A stretch of 61,157 nt of DNA, filler included. It is 6 parts of 6 records of this genome, joined end to end, with 100 filler letters (N's around TTAATTAATTAA, not from the genome) between each part and the next. Parts side by side here need not be neighbours in the genome. Positions count along the whole stretch, not along the records: positions 55,319 to 61,157 come from SRR31156797_2949; 5 more parts are not named here. The stretch is one strand, 5' to 3'. Below the pieces are notes generated by a model that was given only the letters and a program-made list of their open reading frames with translations, was not told where the DNA came from and did no database searches. How positions within the stretch are numbered: the first letter of the stretch is position 1; every line of letters starts with the position of its first letter. Position numbers and translations under genes: made by a program. Positions 56,268-61,157 of this stretch are shown here, in pieces.

Positions 56268-57400
56268 GTGCCCCCATTTTTTATTGAATCAATAGTGATA
56301 TCTAAATTATACTCTTTTACAATAGTATAGACTATATTATATCCTAGTCCAAATCCACCTTTTGTGGTATCAAATCGTGTATATCTTTCAAATATTTGAG
56401 CAATCTCTTCTTTTGTCATTCCATCACCTTCATCTTTGATTGAAAAAAAGTTTTTATCTATCGTAACTGTGATTTGTGTATCATCATTTGTATATTTTAT
56501 AGCATTTGATAGAAGGTTATCGATAACTCTTGTGATCTTCTTTTTATCAATAGTGGATACTAAGTGATTGTTTTGTATAAAATCTATTTTTAAATTTTTT
56601 GCTGTAATCAATAGTTCAAAATAAGAGAGTCTATCTTTTATGATCTCATTGATGTTTAAAATCTCATTTTGTGAAGATGTTTTATGGTTGAGTACTAAAA
56701 AAACAAGATCTTCATAAAGATTAGAGATAGTGAGTGATGCCATCTTGATCCGATTGATCTTTTTGCTTACTTTATTCTCAAGCTCAAAGTTTTCTAGCAT
56801 CTCAATATTTGTTAAAATAGTAGCCACTGGAGTATTGAGCTCATGGGTAGTATCTTTAATAAATCTATCTAAAAGCTGTGCATTTTGTTGTAGGGGTTTT
56901 AAAAGTAAACGTACTAAGAATAAGGAGGTAAAGAGTATTAGTAACACAACAGCTATTGTTATATACAGTATACTAAAGCCAAGCTCTTGACAAACTGATC
57001 TGCTTTGTTGTTCTATAACAATAAACGCTGCTCCCATATAATAGGGTTTCATCTCATAAATATAATATGAATATGAGCCTTTTTGATAGTAATTATCTTG
57101 AAATTCAATAGTTTTATTTTGCAAAGTTGAAAAAAGAAGATTATGATCAATATCATATATTGCACTATTATACTCTTTGTATCTTGGATAGATAGAAGGG
57201 TTTTTGTGCTGATTATGTAAAGTTTGAAGTTCATTGTAAAGCTTTTTTGCTTTTAGCTCCATATCTTTTTGTTCCTCAGTTTGAAGCTGCATTTTTTGAT
57301 GATCATAGTAACTATATGCAAGGACAAAAACTAAAAGAAGTGATGAGCTTAGGTAAAGAATTAAAACATTAAAAATTGTTTTTTTATGAGGACTAGACAA
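56246..57400 (-). CDS. Sensor histidine kinase
   Basis: Two TM; DTTHELNTP, NLLSNAIKY, DEG.G, GFGLG. Confidence 0.93.
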   Translation of the reverse strand: MSSPHKKTIFNVLILYLSSSLLLVFVLAYSYYDHQKMQLQTEEQKDMELKAKKLYNELQTLHNQHKNPSIYPRYKEYNSAIYDIDHNLLFSTLQNKTIEFQDNYYQKGSYSYYIYEMKPYYMGAAFIVIEQQSRSVCQELGFSILYITIAVVLLILFTSLFLVRLLLKPLQQNAQLLDRFIKDTTHELNTPVATILTNIEMLENFELENKVSKKINRIKMASLTISNLYEDLVFLVLNHKTSSQNEILNINEIIKDRLSYFELLITAKNLKIDFIQNNHLVSTIDKKKITRVIDNLLSNAIKYTNDDTQITVTIDKNFFSIKDEGDGMTKEEIAQIFERYTRFDTTKGGFGLGYNIVYTIVKEYNLDITIDSIKNGGTCVTLKF

Positions 57401-58049
57401 GCATATATCCTTGTTTTTTTATATTGAGAATTGACTCTTTCCCAAGATATTTTCGAAGGTTTTTAATATAGGTTCTTAAACTCTCAAAATTATTTTCTTG
57501 CTCAAAGCTCCAAACATTCTCAAAGATCATCTCAAAAGTTACACAACTGTTTTTATGTTTTATAAGAAGTTTTAAAAGTTCTGATTCTTTTGGGTTAAGT
57601 GGATATGTTTTTTCATCTGTGATCAAAGTATGGGTATTGAGATTGAATTGTGTCTTTTCATTGATTTTTATTACTTGATCTGTAGTATTGTATTCTCTTT
57701 TTAAGACAGCTTTGATACGAAAAAGAAGTTCTTTTAGAGCAAAAGGCTTTTTAATGTAGTCATCTGCCCCACATTCATATCCATTTGAAAGATCCTCAAT
57801 ACTATTTAATGAGGTGGTAAAAATGGTAGGAGTTTGGATATCTGCATCTCGTAGACTTTGAAGAAGTTCAAAGCCATTGAGATTTGGAACATGTACATCT
57901 AAAAGTAATAGATCAAAGTTATGCTTAAATAATATATCTAAAGCTTTTGAACCATCTTTGACACATTCTACTTCAAAATCATTATCTATCAAAAACTCTT
58001 CAATAGTTTGACTAAGAGCTATATCATCTTCTAAATAAAGTATTTTCAT
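57393..58049 (-). CDS. OmpR-family response regulator
   Basis: LEDD, LLDVHVP, GADDYIKKPF, winged HTH LRTYIKNLRK. Confidence 0.94.
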   Translation of the reverse strand: MKILYLEDDIALSQTIEEFLIDNDFEVECVKDGSKALDILFKHNFDLLLLDVHVPNLNGFELLQSLRDADIQTPTIFTTSLNSIEDLSNGYECGADDYIKKPFALKELLFRIKAVLKREYNTTDQVIKINEKTQFNLNTHTLITDEKTYPLNPKESELLKLLIKHKNSCVTFEMIFENVWSFEQENNFESLRTYIKNLRKYLGKESILNIKKQGYMLV

Positions 58050-58088
58050 ATGGTATTGTATCTAAAAACTTCCTTTGCCTTACTAAAC

Positions 58089-58649
58089 CTAAGCGATGAA
58101 CATATCAGCTACATCTAAAACATTATTAAATGCTTCTAAATGGTTTTCACTTCCCTCTACTAAGTTTTCATAAACAGTTGCAATATTTTCATCCAATTCA
58201 CTATCTTCTAAAAGCATATTAAGATCCTCAATATCTACTTGCTCAATTGTTGCACCAACTTCAAGTGCATCAATTAATGATAAGTTTCCTTGCTCAATTA
58301 AACTATTGTATAAAGCTTGTAACTCTTCATCTATAAATTCACCTGCATCAAGATCTTGATAAGTGCTCATATCAACTTCTCCTGCACTTAAGAGCGTTTC
58401 AACGGCACTTAAATGTTTGAATTCTGAATCTGAGATCTTATCAAATACTTTTTGATCATATGTATCATAAAAATAGTCATATACATCCATAGCGAGTTTT
58501 TCTTCTTGGTACATAAAAATAAGATTATCAATCTCTTCATCACTTAGATCTAGTGTAAGGTCTAAAAAGTTGGTATTATCACATGTTCCATTGTTGTCTT
58601 GATTCCCTTGTCCTTTAAAAAAGTTTTGTTTTTGTGTATTATGTTTCAT
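58089..58649 (-). CDS. DUF2202 ferritin-like protein
   Basis: MYQEEKLA.DVY, I..SE..H, GA.IE..DI.DL, GS.NHL.AF. Confidence 0.85.
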   Translation of the reverse strand: MKHNTQKQNFFKGQGNQDNNGTCDNTNFLDLTLDLSDEEIDNLIFMYQEEKLAMDVYDYFYDTYDQKVFDKISDSEFKHLSAVETLLSAGEVDMSTYQDLDAGEFIDEELQALYNSLIEQGNLSLIDALEVGATIEQVDIEDLNMLLEDSELDENIATVYENLVEGSENHLEAFNNVLDVADMFIA

Positions 58650-58766
58650 TTTAAATCCTTTGTTTTTATTGATACTGTAACTATAAAATATTCGTATGAA
58701 AAAATCGTGAAATTAAAGTGTTAAAAGTTTATGTTATAATCCCAAAAATTAAAATAGGAGTGATTT

Positions 58767-59504
58767 ATGATACATGATTTTTGGAAAAACTATGAAGAGC
58801 TTTTAAATTTTGAACAAGCTTCTTTATTGGATTATCGCTTAGATAGTATAAGTATTAAACTCAATATATTCTTTCAGAGATTGATTATAGGAAATATACC
58901 AAAAGAAAAGGTCACTTTTTTTCTAGCTGGGTCTTGTATCAAAGCGGATACTTTTAGGGATCTTGATATGTTTTTTCCATCATCTGAAGATAGAGAGCTT
59001 ATAAACAATGCTTTAAATAAGGATTATTTTGAATATGAAAACAACTCTTATACCTATAGATATAAAAATGATATTTATCAGCTTGTATATCGGGAAAAAT
59101 ATAAAAATGCAAGTTTAAAAGAGCTTGTGGATGGCTTTGATTTTGATTCGACAAAGATCGCTTTTGAGTGTCATTATGATGTGAGAAAAAGATTATTTAC
59201 TATCACTGATATGGATATGCGGATAGAATTTGTAAACTATATTAATACAAGAGTTAATAAACTCAATCAAATTAGTGTAAACCCTTTTGTGTCTTTGCAA
59301 CGTGCGATATACTTTTTAAAGCGTGGTGATGATGTACCTTATGATTCTTTTTTAGATATTTGTTCAAAAATTGCAGATGTGAAAATTGATCAAAATGAAG
59401 ATATGTCAATCCATTTTAAAAATCTTCAAGGGAATCCAAATAAGCTTACAAATATTAAAAATGCTATCACTCATTATATAGAGGATCATCAACCAAATAA
59501 ATAA
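58767..59504 (+). CDS. Uncharacterised nucleotidyltransferase-like protein
   Basis: FLAGS...RDLDMFF, FDFD, LQRAIYF; AGGAG RBS. Confidence 0.55.
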   Translation: MIHDFWKNYEELLNFEQASLLDYRLDSISIKLNIFFQRLIIGNIPKEKVTFFLAGSCIKADTFRDLDMFFPSSEDRELINNALNKDYFEYENNSYTYRYKNDIYQLVYREKYKNASLKELVDGFDFDSTKIAFECHYDVRKRLFTITDMDMRIEFVNYINTRVNKLNQISVNPFVSLQRAIYFLKRGDDVPYDSFLDICSKIADVKIDQNEDMSIHFKNLQGNPNKLTNIKNAITHYIEDHQPNK

Positions 59505-59534
59505 GTTTTAAATCAAGTCCGATGACTTGATTTA

Positions 59535-60422
59535 TTAAAGAGATTCAATAAAGTGTTCGATCTCTTTTTGCTCATCTTCTAAGATTTTTACTGCTTTTGG
59601 ATCTTTCATATCTAAAGAGCTTAGCCAGTTATACGTTGATGGGAAAGCAAAAGTTACTTTATCACTCCCTTTTTCTTTATAAATCGCTAAAGAACATGGT
59701 GCAAATGCAGCTGCTTCAGGTCTTGTTTGTGATGCTAGATATAAAACTTTTACTTTACAGATAGAAAATGTTTTATAGAACTCATATTTATTTGCTACAC
59801 TTTTATACTCACGTGTTAGATCAAGTTCATTTACAATTGAGAATTTATGATCTTTCATAGTTGTAGTTAATTTTTGAGCTAACTTTGAAGCGTCACCATT
59901 GATTTGCTTTTTATAAAGAAGATCACCTTTTGTAGCGACAGTTGAGTAGTCAAATTTTTTAGGGTTTTCTATATCAAAGCCAAAAAATTTAGCAACTTTT
60001 AGATTTTTTTTCTCTAATTTATCAAGCAGTTTACACTCTTTTGCCCCTAATACTTTTTTCATAGTATCAGTATCAAGCATTGTAAATGTTACATCGTCAC
60101 TATTATCTTTTGATTGAAGGGCAATACTAAATGGGATAAATGCTCCTGCATCAGGATATTTTGCAATAAGCTTTTCACTTAAAGCATTCTCTTTAACGGC
60201 AATTATTTTAAATTTGTCAAATGAAGTATCTTTAAATACCTTTTTAAATTTATTATCAAGCTGACTTACCGCTTCAACTGAGTAGTTTAGAGATTTAAAC
60301 ATTGCTCCTACAGTAATATGATTGATTGCATCAGAATCTTTCATTTTATATACATTAATATCTGATGCATATACAGATGAAGCCAGCAATAAACTAGCAG
60401 TAACTTTACTTATTAAGTTCAT
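59535..60422 (-). CDS. Periplasmic tandem DUF302 protein
   Basis: Signal peptide; two copies of P.AGAF.PFS / PEAAAFAPCSLAIY; start moved to MNLISK. Confidence 0.8.
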   Translation of the reverse strand: MNLISKVTASLLLASSVYASDINVYKMKDSDAINHITVGAMFKSLNYSVEAVSQLDNKFKKVFKDTSFDKFKIIAVKENALSEKLIAKYPDAGAFIPFSIALQSKDNSDDVTFTMLDTDTMKKVLGAKECKLLDKLEKKNLKVAKFFGFDIENPKKFDYSTVATKGDLLYKKQINGDASKLAQKLTTTMKDHKFSIVNELDLTREYKSVANKYEFYKTFSICKVKVLYLASQTRPEAAAFAPCSLAIYKEKGSDKVTFAFPSTYNWLSSLDMKDPKAVKILEDEQKEIEHFIESL

Positions 60423-60631
60423 TTTTTTCCTTTTATTTTTTATGAATGTGAATTTTATTGAGAAAAATATTAATACCATCTTATTTAAAATATTATAAAA
60501 AATTATACTAATAAGATATTATTATAGTATTGAAAAAATATGTGTAGAGTAAAAAAAGTGATTTTATAATAGTATATATGATAGAATCACTTATGAATAA
60601 ATATAATTTCTCACCTTATAAAAGGTAATAT

Positions 60632-61157
60632 ATGAGACGTACAAGTGATATAATACAGTTTTCCCATTCTCTTCAAGTGATGTTTGTCAATTGTATTGAT
60701 TGTAATAAAAATCACTCCCTTGATCTTTTTAGTATCTTTTTTTCCAATATTGATGTGGTCGATACAAAAAAAGAAGCATGGGAACATTTTTCAAAATCAA
60801 AATATGATTTAATTATTATTGGGTTAAAAGTTCCAGAGATAACTGATGGAATAGAACTTATAGAAAAAATCAGAGGGGTCAGCAAAGATATTACTCTTTT
60901 GGTAATGGCTTCAAATTTAGATCAATTTGTATTTACCAAGCTTATTGAGCTTCATATTGATGGGTTTATTATAAAACCTGTTTATATCAAGCAGTTTAGT
61001 GATATTATCCATAAAATTTTGGAGAAATTAAAAAATAAAGAAGATCTTTACCAATATAGAATGAGTTTGGAGAGAAAGGTTAAAGAGCAAGTTCAACAAT
61101 TAAGAGAAAAAGATAAAATCCTTTTCCAACAATCAAAATTAGCAGCCATGGGTGAGA
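60632..61157 (+). CDS. Hybrid pseudo-receiver / histidine kinase (3' truncated)
   Basis: Hand translation: receiver fold (YDLIIIGLKVP, DGIELIEKIR, GFIIKP), coiled coil, QQSKLAAMGE. Confidence 0.8.
   Translation, partial: MRRTSDIIQFSHSLQVMFVNCIDCNKNHSLDLFSIFFSNIDVVDTKKEAWEHFSKSKYDLIIIGLKVPEITDGIELIEKIRGVSKDITLLVMASNLDQFVFTKLIELHIDGFIIKPVYIKQFSDIIHKILEKLKNKEDLYQYRMSLERKVKEQVQQLREKDKILFQQSKLAAMGE

Noticed and set aside
1-61157. CRISPR arrays, tRNA/rRNA genes, intact transposases, integrases, prophage
   Set aside because: No regularly spaced repeats or recognisable motifs found by eye; a covariance-model scan was not possible

Overview
The window is not one locus. It contains six contigs joined by 100-nt N spacers with a TTAATTAATTAA core (10958-11057, 21930-22029, 33486-33585, 49274-49373, 55219-55318), so gene context must not be read across these joins. 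Taxonomy below is inferred from composition and gene content. (1) 1-10957, FCB-group/Marinimicrobia-like: OmpA tail, a 1032-aa uncharacterised outer-membrane barrel, a GLUG protein with a T9SS-type C-terminal domain, a serine palmitoyltransferase-like gene plus an SDR, and a membrane spermidine-synthase-like protein. (2) 11058-21929, GC-rich Desulfobacteraceae-like: gspE, a YidD-like/TPR pair, AraC+MATE, an agmatine deiminase pseudogene, gspF, and an epimerase + DUF1611 pair (DgcA/DgcN-like). (3) 22030-33485, Pseudodesulfovibrio-like: rfbA start, mogA-like, tolC, a dual-CXXC protein, mltB, two glycosyltransferases, a TPR protein, mutY, and a sigma54-preceded VgrG3-like muramidase. (4) 33586-49273, AT-rich Campylobacterota (Arcobacteraceae-like): a Fur-boxed iron region (P1B ATPase, candidate sRNA, flavodoxin, feoAB), proS, and a tightly coupled ovoA - PLP C-S lyase - FATP-type acyl-CoA ligase - GT-like - (rhuM) - oxidoreductase - MOSC string. 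(5) 49374-55218, Marinimicrobia-like: recJ, a 7TM-HD phosphohydrolase, ybeY and a CNNM/CBS protein. (6) 55319-61157, Campylobacterota: two-component genes, cytochrome c, DUF2202, a nucleotidyltransferase-like orphan and DUF302. The best candidate for an undescribed system is the extended ovothiol operon, which may make an acylated or glycosylated thiohistidine. The next best are the Fur-boxed structured RNA and leader peptide before flavodoxin, the spt-SDR sphingolipid pair with a structured leader, and the OmpA-linked giant barrel. All family calls come from reading motifs by eye; no database searches were run.
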